Source of the DNA: Antedon mediterranea
Taxonomy: Eukaryota > Animalia > Echinodermata
NCBI RefSeq assembly: GCF_964355755.1
Contig: NC_092674.1
Span: 29,202,001-29,266,000, forward strand
Direction: 5' to 3'
Length of the DNA: 64,000 nt
Shown: positions 1 to 12,339 of the stretch, one piece after another
Numbering within the stretch: position 1 is the stretch's first letter
Layout: every line of letters starts with the position of its first letter
Position numbers and translations under genes: made by a program
The notes under the pieces: generated by a model
What the model was told of the DNA's origin: nothing
Database searches by the model: none
The model's input: only the letters and a program-made list of their open reading frames with translations

Positions 1-689
1 ATAATATTAATAGTATAGATATATATTTCTATAATATTGATATCAAAATTAGTTATGAAGTGAATTTTAACTGTCAAAAAGAGGGAGGAGGGCAACCACA
101 TGGATCCACCAATAAAAAATATGCATAAATACTACATTTTTCCCTTTTTTAGATTTTAGTATCTGTATTGTTTACACAATTTTCATTTAAAAAAAAAATA
201 ATCTGTATTCAATTAGTTTTACAATTCTCATTTCATGAATTGATTGAATAGGCATACTATTACTACATTTAAAAAAAGACAAAGAACTTTAAATATTGTA
301 AATAGCCAATCAATACATTTTAACACCAGATATACACAATCCTGTAATCAAATTAAACTAAATCATATTCAAAAAAATCATCTGCTTTTGTTCACACTAT
401 TTCAATGAATACTTGATACAATGGTTATTATTCTGTTCAGTGTGATCACAAATCCACTATGTCCATATCATAAACAACAACTATAAAACCATTATTTCAT
501 TCTGTGTCGATGGAAAACCACACCACAGCTATTGTGCTGTAAATTACAATTTTCACATAATTTTAGATTATTTAATTAATTAATTAATTCTTAATTTTCA
601 CAACAATAATTGAAATTGGATAATAATTAAATTATTGCATAATTTTGTTGTGAACAATATTTTTAAGAAAAATTAGCAGATGATGTTTT

Positions 690-1228
690 ATATGTTGGAT
701 TGACAATGCAACTGTTTGGTGTCATTTTTAATTCAATTTTTTGTACTCAATCTCAGCATATTTATAATGTTCAGAACAAATTCATTAGATTCCTTACTCG
801 CACTTGTCCTAATTATAATGTTTCTCTTATTTCTCTTGAAAATCGTAGAGTTGTTTTTGATATGGTTTTTTTATACAACTCATTCAATTCTGTTTATGAT
901 TGTCCTCTTGTTGCTTTGTTTAAGTTCAATATACCAACTCGCAGCAAGTGTTTGCTTCACGTTCCTTGTGGTCGTGTTGAATGCACAAAACAAGGTATTT
1001 TTCAGCGGTTACCTAACACTTAATAGGTTACTTGTTTGGATATTGATTTATTTTATGATAGTTTAAATGTATTTAAGGGTAAAATTGTTAAATCTCTTTA
1101 ATGTTGTCTTCTTTGTTTATGTTTTTGTTGTTTATTTGAATACATTTTATAGTTTATTAAGTTTAGATTCAACCTGTTAGTGGCGGTTTCATCGCTGTTG
1201 GTTGACAACTGAATAAAATAAATAAATG
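690..1228 (+). mobile_element. 5'-truncated non-LTR retrotransposon (CR1/Jockey-like) 3' end, inside an SLC6 intron
   Basis: ORF 700-1023 (VQNKFIRFL...SLENRRVVFDMVFLYNSFNSVYDCP...FNIPTRS) resembles the post-RT C-terminus of CR1-clade ORF2. It is followed by a 3' UTR ending in AATAAAATAAATAAA. Confidence 0.65.
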
Positions 1229-1534
1229 GACATATTTTTTTTACAGAATCCTTTATTCGAGTGTGAATAAAAACTTGATTAATTTCTTTAGATAGGAATT
1301 AGTTGCTGATTCTGTGTACATAAATGAAATGTAACAACTATAAACCAAAGGAATACTATTCTACAATAAGAGACATCAAGGATTTCAAAAGACAACCATT
1401 TACAGTTATTTGGCATTATTTCTACATAGCTACTAGATTAACATATAAAACCCAGATTACTACTCTATTGAGTATTCTCAAAGAATTAGGTTCACAATTA
1501 TTTGTATTTGAATTGAATGACTCGGTGGTATTAC

Positions 1535-3865
1535 CTTTCCAGAAGAATGAATTCCTCTGATCAAGCAGAGATAGACAACAACCCAAGCGATAAAGAGACA
1601 AAGCAACAGTTCCAATCGTACACTACCAAGATCATGTAGTCCGTCGCTGATTCCCAACACTTTATGCCTATAAAGAAAACAAATCTTGAATTATTTTTTT
1701 TTACACTGTACACAGTTTTACTAATGTAGCTGACATGCAATTACTTAATAATGCTTTGAAATATTTTATATTGAAAGGACGGAATGCTTTACAATGATAT
1801 GTTTTACATTGGCTTGCAGCCAATTCCATTTTGGCGCCAACCAGACAATTCATTCCCAGGCAAGTATAAAATACCTTTTTTAAAAGTATTATTATTATTA
1901 AATATCCTAAATAAATCTCATACAATCAAACTATAATAACCACAGCAAAGCTCTGTTTACACTATCAAACTTATGTGATAAAAAAATGTGATGTGCCCAT
2001 GGACACGATGATGTCATATCACTACCATAATGTGGGCATCACTACCATATTTAGGCATCAAACGTACGAAAAAAATTCTTCACTCGCTCGGACAACTTTC
2101 GGTGCCATTGTTGTTGCTTCGGTTATCGGAGCATCGGTGACGTTCGTTACATTTGCTAGCAATTCTTTAATAGAACCACATTGATCCGTATTCCATGTGT
2201 TATTGCATCCAATCCACGGCAGCGTTTTCCACATTGACGCGTACATGTAGTAGATAGTCCACGTTATGATGAGGATGTAATAGAGGGAACAGAGCGCACA
2301 AATCAGCGTGATTGCGTAACCAACACCTAAAATTAAATTATCGTTTATTTACTGTAGTAGATCATAGACATTTAGACAACATATTTAAATATTCCCTTAG
2401 TTAGTTAGTTGGATTCATATATCATTCATTTTTTATTTTTTTATTTTTTAATATTTTTGGGTTTTTAAGAGATCATTAGTGAGATTTTAAATTTAACTGA
2501 CTTTTTATTATTACAGTATTATAATTTTACATTTTTAAATATAGGTTGTTACTTATTATAATCAAATCCAACACAAATCCATAATTAACACACATAGGAT
2601 TATCTGATATTTTCAAATATTATTACAAAAACAGACAAGATTCGTACCATCACTTTTTAAAATTTTCTCTACTTTATTCATAAATATACATTTTGTTTAT
2701 ACTTGGTCCATGTATACACAGTATATGTAAATCATTAATTTCATACTTTAAATATTTTTCTTTGTTGTAAATAATTTTCTGATACTTGTAATTTCCCAAC
2801 AATCTATAAAGTACGTACTGTAAACACAAAGCATTTTGCATGTGGAGAATATAAGTCATTGACCTTTTAATATGCTTGCACAAACCAACACATTACGATG
2901 ATTGGCAAATAAAATCAGAATTTTAAACTGGGTCAGCGTTGGGGGTTAACAATCTAGATTGAAGATGGCCACAAACTACAGACAGTACATTAATAAAGGA
3001 AATAATAAGTAATAACAATAAACGTGGGTCCAGGATTTTGAAACCTTTTAAAACAGATGGGAATGAATTAAAAGCAAACCCTTTGTATTAACAAATTTGT
3101 CAGGAATAACGCCACCAGATGTTTGTTGTTCTCATAAGAATTTACCTCCCAATTAAGTATCATTATTTAAAGACAATCAAAATCTTAGAAAGGCAATGTG
3201 CTTAATGTTTCCAAACAATCTGCTCTTTGATAGCTTCCTGAAAATCATTTAAACACCCAATAGATATACACTTGACAACATGTGTTTAAACCATCAATGA
3301 TAAGTATCGAGATGATAACATTATTAACATTAATGTAATTCATTCTCAGTGCACACAGGTCAAATGTCAAATATGTGAACATACCTTTAAATAGAGGACT
3401 AATCTTCCAGGCAGATATAATACCCAGGCTTGTGAACTGTCCCAGCGACAATTCTAATTGGACCAGTGGCAAGCCTGCGAGGATTACCATGGTTACATAA
3501 GGAATTAAGAAGGCACCTAAATAAAAAAAAAAACAATAGAAAGTTTAACAAATAAAATAACCTACATTGTGAATTTCACATTCAAATAACAAAACCTCTT
3601 TTTTTTAAATTTCATCTTCAATATAGGCCATTCAGTCTTCTTTTCCAGTAAATAACTCAATCATTATCAGTAAGTAGCTCATCTCTAGTAGGCCTATGTG
3701 TAAGCATCATCAGTATATTATTGCACAGTTTAACATACCTCCTCCATTGATGTAACAAAGGTATGGAAATCTCCACACATTTCCGAGCCCAATGAAATAA
3801 CCAAGAGCTGATAAGAAAAAGTCCAACTTCCCTGACCAGGATTGTCGTTCACTATCATTACCCAT
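1535..3865 (-). CDS. SLC6 sodium:neurotransmitter symporter family transporter, 5' part (remaining exons beyond the left edge)
   Basis: GT-AG exons 3739-3865, 3385-3516, 2068-2326 and 1535-1667 splice in frame: [49 protein letters not shown]...[12 protein letters not shown]...ASEEFF...[12 protein letters not shown]. These are the SLC6 TM1, TM2 and EL2 signatures. Likely non-coding first exon ends at the GTGAGT donor near 6033. Confidence 0.93.
1949..2060 (+). mobile_element. MITE family A, partial copy
   Basis: Left TIR AGCTCTGTTTACACTATCAAACT plus the internal ATCACTACCATATTTGGGC subrepeat. Abuts the SLC6 exon donor. Confidence 0.8.
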
Positions 3866-4967
3866 GTTTGTTTAAAAATTACCTTACAAATATAAAAAAA
3901 CAATTATTAAGATTAATTGTCCCACCAGAATATGAGTTTCTTCTTTTTTTTTACAATTTTTTAAATGCTATACCTACTGTTGCATTTCATTTTGACCAAA
4001 ACATTTATGATAAAAAAGCCAAATAACTGAAAAGTTAATCGGAAGCCCATAAACCACTTATTTTGTCTCTTTGAAAAATTGTAAAATTAAGTGCTAGTAT
4101 CTTAACTTTTGCGTTGTATTTATTTTTTCAGTTCTACCAATAGAATATAATTTTTTAAATATAATAATACATAAATTATAAACATCATTATAATTAAATA
4201 GCTTTTTACTAAATGCCGAAAAGGTCAGGTTTAAACGTTTTATTTATTTATTTTATTTATTTTATTTTATTCAATTTTCAGGCACAACAATACATGACAA
4301 TACAGCGGTGCAGCACCCTGGGGATTGCCATGAGTGCAAAGCCTTCTGGACGTTAATATATTTAATTTTTTGGAAGAATATTGTGTACCGCAAACCCGAC
4401 TAATTATTATGATAATGTACACAAATGGTGGCCTGCCTAAAAGTTGCAGGTAGACTTGACGATAAACTGTAGGCAGAATAAACACAAAAACGGGTTTTAA
4501 CGTTTCTGTTTTGTGGTATAACCGCCTTCTGCCATATTCCCTTTAATTGGAAATGCTGCATTGTGTGTACCGCGGACCAGTGAGAATGAACACTACACAC
4601 GGCTATGGCTTGCCTAAAAGTTGCTGGTATAGCAAGACCTGTTTAATAAATGTCTATATAAAACCATAAGAGTGATTGCCGCAACTGTTATTTAAAACAA
4701 AAAATAGTCTGGGTTTTTGGTTGAATTTAACCATTTATTTTGTCTTTTTCTAAGTGAAAACATCACTTTTTTCCTTGTTCTTTTTTCTAAGGAAAGTGAT
4801 TAACTTTATTAAAACTACAAAATAACCTATTCAAAGTCTAATATAATTAATAGCAAATGAAGTTGTGATAGAATAAATGGGCAGACATATATAGTAGGCT
4901 TCATTGAACGTCAATACGGGTCTTTCACATAATACAATCTGCACAATTGAAACATTCCAACACTATT

Positions 4968-5198
4968 CAGAATTGGATTTGGTACTTTTACGTTATGTTT
5001 GATAAAAAGGGCTTTCTTTGTTCTTTGTTTGTCTTTTAATGCCCTTAGATTTTATGTTAAAAGAAAATAGCTATGTATAGTTTTTCAAAATTATAAGCAG
5101 CTATTTTCTTTTAACATAAAAGCTAAAGCCATCCAAATACAATAAAAAGTACAAGCCCTTTTTTTTGATCAAACAAAAGTACCAAATCCATTTCTAAA
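4968..5198. repeat. Foldback inverted repeat with ~100-bp imperfect arms, probably a MITE
   Basis: TGGATTTGGTACTTTT...TTTTATGTTAAAAGAAAATAGCT, a ~26-nt spacer, then AGCTATTTTCTTTTAACATAAAA...AAAAGTACCAAATCCA. Confidence 0.75.
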
Positions 5199-6129
5199 TT
5201 TGGTATGGAATTATTTTCAAAGAGAAAAAGAGGCCTTTCTTATTTTGTTCACTATGGTTTACTGATTTCCAAAACAGTAGGCGGCTATTTTATTTTTGTG
5301 ACTTTGAAAAGGCCAACCACAAAGCATGCTGATGGAAATTTCCAGTATCATATAAAGTATTTAAAGAGCACAAATCATAATGGCAATATCATAATATTCA
5401 ACATAATAAAACATTATTATTATTATTAGTGTAGGAGGTTGTTGTTCACTATTTACTGGTAGGCCTTATTACTAGTATAAAAACAAACTTTATGGTTTAT
5501 GATTAATATATTGTTGCCAATAACTGTATATATTACAAAACCTCTATAATTGAAAATTAATTCATTGGGAAATACATCAAAATAAATCTAGCTCAGATAT
5601 TTGAACATTTTATGAACATTGGGTCAGCAATTCCCTGTTTATGTTCCATCTGTCAACAATCAGCACAGTAAATGTTTAGTCGCCATGCAAATGGGTTTTT
5701 CCATGACGCTGCAGGTCATTAAATATTCTCAACATACATTAAATAAACACAGACGTGTGTAATGCATCATAAAAACATAATAAATACATGTATTTACATT
5801 TAATAGGTTAGGTCTACAGAGCATGTCATGTAAGCTAACATGTTAAAACCAAAAGTAAACGTGCGTCATCCACACCCATACCAGCCATTCATTGTATAAG
5901 GCCTCCCTATCTACGCTTAATTACGGCCAAAATGTGAAAAGGCAAACTACTTCGCCTGCTTTATGATCATATCATATTGGATATGGGGTTTTATCTGATG
6001 ATAATCCATAAGAACAACAATAGTGTACTCACCCTGTAAAATGTACGGCACTCGACTGTTTTGGTTTTTCTTTCTGAAGGACCTGCCAAATGAATGAATA
6101 CAATCTCAGATAAGATCAAAGTGCATACG

Positions 6130-6534
6130 CTACTACTAATACTATAGTACCCGCCCTCAATTGGTAAAACGTGATTGGCTGAAGCTATTTAAGTCAAGGA
6201 TATGCACCGCCTTTTCCTCACTTCAATCAGTGACATAATCCTCGATGATTTGCTCCGCCCAGCAGGGTTGATAATCAGCTGGGGGCCACGACGTACAAAT
6301 TATCAGAGAGCGCGGTAGATAGAAAATACTTTGTACGTAGACGCGCGTATATTACCCGCACATTAAGAGGCGCGCGCGTACTTACGTGGCGGTTACTAGC
6401 GGCGACTATCTCTCTATGGTAATTACGCACGCTCTTGTGTTACGGGCAACGAACGTTATCATGACAACATGTCTCCTAACAAAACTTAACTCTTATCATT
6501 GTTTGAGAGGGGGTGGCGGCATTATCAATGTGAG
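6130..6534. promoter_or_regulatory. Bidirectional promoter between SLC6 and the CNBD gene, with RFX X-box-like motifs
   Basis: CpG-rich island in AT-rich DNA; ATTGG (CCAAT) boxes near 6160 and 6174; GTTACGGGCAAC (6439-6450) and near-palindromic GTTATCATGACAAC (6455-6468). Confidence 0.55.
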
Positions 6535-9500
6535 ATGGACCGGTTTACATCAATATCAGACGTAAATGAAGGATCCTCTTCCACTGCAAGAAATTACAGT
6601 CGCACCGATACACCACCTCCTGATATTCTGGATGAAGAAAATGTTGTATTAGCGAAGCGACGTGGTGGCCAGTTACTGACTACTGATGGACCACTTCTAC
6701 TAACGAAGGTGGCACTTCCTCCAGTTAACTGCGGTGAAGACGACGACGATGATAATAACAGCGAATACGATTACAATGATGATGATATAACTAGGTTGCA
6801 GGAAGAGACTAAAGTTGAGCAAGAGGCACCCGTATCTGCTGCTACAAGTGATGTCAAGGAGGAAGTTTCTGAAACACGTCCACTTCAAAATACAGGTCTA
6901 GGTCTACTAGCAGAACCAATATCCGTCACGGTGGTATGTGGTATTTTCCCATCGCTTATCACCCTCACTCATAAGTTTGGTAAAAAAAAAATAGCATTAA
7001 ACTAATGTCATTACACAGAGTAAAGAACAGTGTAAGAAGAGAGCACAACGCGAGTAATTTGATCTTCTTATGATTGGTGCGTTGCGCACTACGTCATTGT
7101 GTTGCGTCCAAATGGCAACAAGCAGCTTAATGGTTACGTTGATATAATAACCCAGTTTTTATTAATTAATGTTTTGTCTAGCCGAAAACTGGCATCGACA
7201 GATTCCGTGCGTTGGTGAATATGGTAAAAAATAACTTGAAATGGGCAAACGCGTTAGGTAGCCAAGACGACGACGCTAACGAAGTCCATCATGTTGAAGG
7301 CGAGGAAATGCTTACGTTTAACGTGGATGCATTTAAAGGTACTATTGTTCTCTATTTTATTGTCTATTGTCAGAGATTTTGCTTGGTAAGTCTACATAAA
7401 TCTGAATCGCAATTGATTCAAAATTTGGGAAACATTATGTAACTTATGCCATTGTTGGTCAATAGTTTATTTGACTAAATTCTAGGGATCGACCCGTCGA
7501 TAGTTTCCCCTTGCGTTGCGTCTTATCTGAATATAGGTTCAACGCAACACAGGAACGTAACGCAACGATTTGAGCAATCACAAGCGATGGATTATTCGAA
7601 CTGTCGCTTGTGGTGATTGGTCAACTCCTCAACATTGTGTGTAGCGTGTTCGTGGAAATTTGATTTTATGTTCAATGTACATTCGAAATTTCAGCCAACG
7701 TCCAAGCAGTGAACCCACTGACGCCAGAAATCAAGATGATACTGTGCACACACTCATGGAATCGTAGTACCAGTAATATCAAAACAGTTTTTAAATTCCT
7801 CAACAAGGTAACCCACATGTTTTGCCCAAACTCTGATGTTAATTCCATTTATCTAATTGTATACTACTGAAACAATGTGTTATAACGCTTAAAGCTCTGT
7901 CTATCTCACATTCAAACTTTATGTGATGTGCCCATATAGACATGATGATGTCATATCACTACCATACTTGTGCATATCACTACCATATTTGGGCAGATCA
8001 CACTTTTTTTTGTCAAACTAGTTTGATAGTGTAGACAGAACTTAAAGAAAATGTATTTTGATAAACATATTTGGGGCAAATGATTCATTTGTACATTTTT
8101 TTCCTAAAGCTGACGTTCTTTGATAAATATTCTCATACGGTAAAAATGGAGCTTGCTTCAGTGCTGTACTACGAGAAATTCGAGGAAGGCAGAGTTCTAG
8201 TGAAACAGGGACATCCTGGCCGGTCGTTCTACTACATCCTGTCTGGAAGCGTCATTATTGAAGTCACTGAAGAAGATGCTCGCACTGGTCAGTAAAGCTT
8301 TCTGTCTAGACTATCAAACTAAAAAAGTGAGATTTGCCAAAATATGGTAGTGATATCACCGTGTCCATTATGGGCTACAGAGTGTAGACAAAGCTTTAAG
8401 TTGATTTTCTTTGTAGGCCTATTTATATGGATTTATAACAAAATACTGTAGTATTTTTTCGGAGTCGTTCAAGTTTTGGTAATGTCCTCCTAATCACACT
8501 TCACACACTTTGGTTTGGCGTTTCTTATCACTCGATACGGATACTAGAACACTGACAATACATTTATTCTATAATCCCATGGGTTACTGTATAATGTCTC
8601 CTGACACAATAACCTCTTTAAAAATAAGCGCGTTATTATAATACATTATAATTTTCCTCTTTTTTTTAACGCACAGGTGAGAAAAAGACGCAGGTTGTAG
8701 GAGAGACGCCAGCCGGATCCGCCTTCGGAGAATTAGCGTTACTTCACGAAACCAAAAGAACAGCTACTATAGTGTGTAAAGGTATATAAAAACAGTTTAT
8801 GAATGATTCGAACTGCGCATTAGATAATAGCGACATTTTCACGACTGGTCACGTGACTCGACTACGCAGCTACCGAGTCAAAGTCACTTGCGCATGCTCA
8901 GAAACATGCACAACATGACTATTAGACTCAATAGCGTCTTGATTCATGAGCACACATTTTATTTTGTTTTATGCAGGCGATTCTGAATTTCTCCGAGTTG
9001 ATAAACCAGACTTCGATATGGTGCTAAGGAGGAGTTACCAACAAGAATGGGATAACGGTATGACAGCCTTGAAGTCGCTAATAACCTTCGAAGATTGGAC
9101 TGAGGAAGAATTACAATCAGCCATAGACCGCTGCACATTTGAAGAATATCCTCCAAATACAGTAAGTGTAAGGAGAGTAGGCCTACGACACCTTGATTTG
9201 CATGGTAATTCCACAATAGGGCCTACGTGCAGACGCACTAGCCGATTCTCAAAAGCTTGTACGGGCGAATCATCGTAAACGTCAGCTAAAATAAGCATGC
9301 GTGTATCAATGTTTCCATCTTCCAAGCTCCTCTCTATGCCTGCGTATAAGCTTGAGCTTTTGATTCGCGCGAACAAATAATTGGCTTAATGCATGATTGA
9401 ATTGTACGATACAGCATGCGAAGCACACGTGCATAGAACCTAACCTTTTTCCTTCCTTCCATGATACAGTATCATACGTCCAGTAATGGAACACATGAGT

Positions 9501-10538
9501 TTCTGTGTACGGAATCTTTCTGGAAAAATGTTTAGATGTTGAGACACGGTGCTGAAAATCGTGCTAAAACGTACCGCAAATGTAGGAATTGATCAACTAT
9601 TGGTATTTTTAATTGTTAGGTGATTCTGAGCGACCCAGAACAGGCTCCTGATCACGTCTACTTCATCAAGTCCGGGGAGTGCAAGATAGTCCGAGATGTG
9701 ACGTTAATAAAAAGTAATCTACCGTTTGGTCACGTCAAACTATCGCTTCCTCCGTATACGCCAGAAATGGACGTGGAACCCGAGTTTCTAAGTAAATATC
9801 AAGGCAATTTACACAATGCAACCCTACACATATGCACATTTGGAAAAGGACGATTCTTTGGCGTAGGTAATGTGATCAAGTGTGTTTTTATGTGATAAGA
9901 ATGAATGAACAAACTATCGCAACGCAACGACGTACTGTGGCACAACGCAAGTGAGTTTACCATTCACAAGCGATAGTTCCGAAGATCCATCGTGATTGGT
10001 CAAATTACGTCATTGCGTTTCGTCTACGTGTGCAAAAACGATGGCCTGTGGCACAACGCAACTGAGTTGACCAATCACAAGCAATAGTTCGGAAGATCCA
10101 TCGTGATTGGTCAAATTACGTCATTGCGTTTCGTCCACGTAGGAGCCAGACTTAAAGAAATAAATACCAATAATATGTTACTTAGTTGTTAAACATTATC
10201 TTGTTAGTTTAAGATTTTAATTTAAAAATGATTTTGGTTTTTAAGGCGAGGATCTTCGAAAAACCCACATCATTTCCATCGGTAAAGTTGAGTGTATTTT
10301 GGTAGCGCGAGTTGCGTTTCTTTTTCACAACCACGGAAGGTGTATCGCACCGATGAAACAGAGTGTCGAGGAGCTGATACCATCACGAGAAGACGCTTTT
10401 AATAGCTACATAGAAGGTATTAAATGGAGAAATTATAAACGTGGACTTGTTAAGGAGTTGGTAAACAGACGACACATACCAAATAACACGACGATGGCGG
10501 AAGTTCCGCTGGTATTACGGCGGGAAACTCAGCGGTGA
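6535..10538 (+). CDS. Cyclic nucleotide-binding domain-containing protein (CNBD2-like, two cNMP domains)
   Basis: Eight GT-AG exons: 6535-6933, 7182-7338, 7695-7807, 8110-8287, 8677-8781, 8977-9161, 9620-9866, 10246-10538. Motifs LVKQGHPGRSFYYILSGSV, GSAFGELALLHETKRTATIVCK and DHVYFIKSGECKI...GRFFG. Confidence 0.88.
7893..8042 (+). mobile_element. MITE family A, near-complete copy
   Basis: TIRs AGCTCTGTCTA...AGTTTGATAGTGTAGACAGAACT flanked by TAA on both sides. Confidence 0.8.
9915..10152. repeat. Two ~116-bp direct repeats of a dispersed repeat or MITE (relatives near 7510-7630 and 52150-52275)
   Basis: TGTGGCACAACGCAA..GAGTT.ACCA.TCACAAGC.ATAGTTC.GAAGATCCATCGTGATTGGTCAAATTACGTCATTGCGTTTCGTC occurs twice. 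Confidence 0.7.
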
Positions 10539-10999
10539 CATAAAAAAAACAACAACAAAATAAAACTACTTAATATACACCTATTGAAAAGAGTAAATAA
10601 AGTGTTTAAGTTGAAATCTGTAAATGGTTCTTTTTAGTATAACTTATAATTAAGAAAGTACTGGTAACATTTCAGATTGTGCTGGGTTTGTAACGTTGCA
10701 AAAAAGGTCATAGGTCAGTCACCATACAAAAAGTATCAAATATACAAAAGTATCAAACATTTTAAGATTCGGTCAAACATTAAATAATATCATACGGTTG
10801 TCTGTACTATTACTAAAATTAAGGAAATAGTTCAATAGGGGTTTAGGACAAATATAGGGATTGTACTTTTTGATGATGCATAAGATATAAAAGGAATTAG
10901 TTTAAAAGTACCTGCATCCTGTATCCTCGCCATGCCTTAACATCCTTGACTACTATGGTATATAAAATGAGGCCTTAGGTAACATTCAATTCAGTGAAG

Positions 11000-12339
11000 A
11001 TGAAATCTGGAAGGTATATAGAGCTGTTGCTCCTGGCCGCTATCTATTTCAGCAGTGTACATGTAAACGCTTGCCAAGATTCACAATGCTATCGTCCACG
11101 TAAGTGTATTTTAATATAAATAATTTAATATTTTGCAATCTTACCGAAAAAAAAAATTATAGATCTCTAAAATATTTCTCGAAGGAAGATGAAAGTGAAA
11201 ACTCATAGCGTTGAAAACAAATCGGCGTCGTTTGTGAATATAATATTTTGGTATTTATTTGCATCAGTAACTGTATAACACTTGTATATCTTTAAGTAAA
11301 CCAGAGAATGGTGAGATTAGTGTCACTTATTTCTGAGTAAATTTGACTTTCACATATAGACCTACTTATCTTTTTCTTATCCAATTTACACAGACGAGCG
11401 GTAACGGTAAGCACAAAACCGCGTAGCTTGTCCCACGTTGAATCTGTATCTATCCTGAGCGGAACCGTCCGTCCGCTCCAAATTTTGTGTAGGTGGTCAT
11501 AAGGAATAACATCGAGTCTATGTTTTTATTACCGTTACCGCTTGTCTGTGTAAATCAGCCTTTAGAGGGCAGTTCTGTTAATAATCTTTCGTCTTGCAGA
11601 AATTCTCCCTGACCATCACTGGAAACTTGATGGATGTCCAAGAGACAGGACTATTTGTAGTAGTAGCTGCAGCCAAGAAGAGCTTCCAGAAACAGTTGTC
11701 AGTCCAACTGGTATCAAGTCAAGATCTTTGCCAACAGTATACGGTCCAAATGGCAACTGCGCCGTGTACCTAGACCGAGCTCATTCAGATGCACTTGACT
11801 TCGGGGAATTCGGCAACACTTGATTGACCCGCTTAGAACTTTTCAAGAGAGGTTTAACCGTCAGTGTATGGCTCAAGATTGATACGAGCCTCAATGGCCG
11901 GATGTACTACGTCAGTTCTGGCGTGAAATCGACAGCAAGTCACGGTATATCCATTTTCGGAAGCAGGAATTTCGAATCGGTTCGTGATAGATTCGTTCTC
12001 ACAGTACGTCTTAAAGATCTAAACCACAATTGGGAAGCAAATACTTCCGAACTCAAACGAAATGGTCGGTGGACACATGTAGCTTTTACATGGAGTCATC
12101 GCCATGGTCTCCGAGTCTTTATCGACGGACAAGCACTAGCGCTGGATAAATTCGGAACTGAAACACCAAATAATGATATCAACCAATACACAAGACTAAC
12201 GATTGGTCGACCGAACAGTGAGAAGAATTATTTTGGAACCTCTGGCTTTTCAGATTTGAAAATATATTACCAACGCCTAGAGGATCATGAGATTGCAGAA
12301 GCCTTCACCAATGAAAGCCTTCTTAAAACTGTCGCCTAA
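11000..12339 (+). pseudogene. Secreted LamG/pentraxin-fold protein copy 1, with in-frame TGA (11821-11823) at a conserved Cys: pseudogene, null allele or recoded gene
   Basis: TATA near 10960; signal-peptide exon 11000-11099 (MKSGRYIELLLLAAIYFSSVHVNACQDSQCYRP); exon 2 11600-12339 is collinear with copies 2 and 3 and open except for AACACT-TGA-TTGACC, where the paralogs have AACACT-TGT-TTGACC. Confidence 0.8.
11381..11561. mobile_element. MITE family B (Harbinger-like), copy 1
   Basis: TIRs CCAATTTACACAGACGAGCGGTAACGGTAA...TTACCGTTACCGCTTGTCTGTGTAAAT. A second copy lies in inverted orientation at 29426-29603. Confidence 0.75.

Noticed and set aside
400-540. Possible further SLC6 exon
   Set aside because: No frame gives the expected VVYFTATFPY-type TM5 sequence.
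11824-12339. ORF as an independent gene starting at TTG
   Set aside because: It is the post-TGA remainder of LamG copy 1 exon 2.
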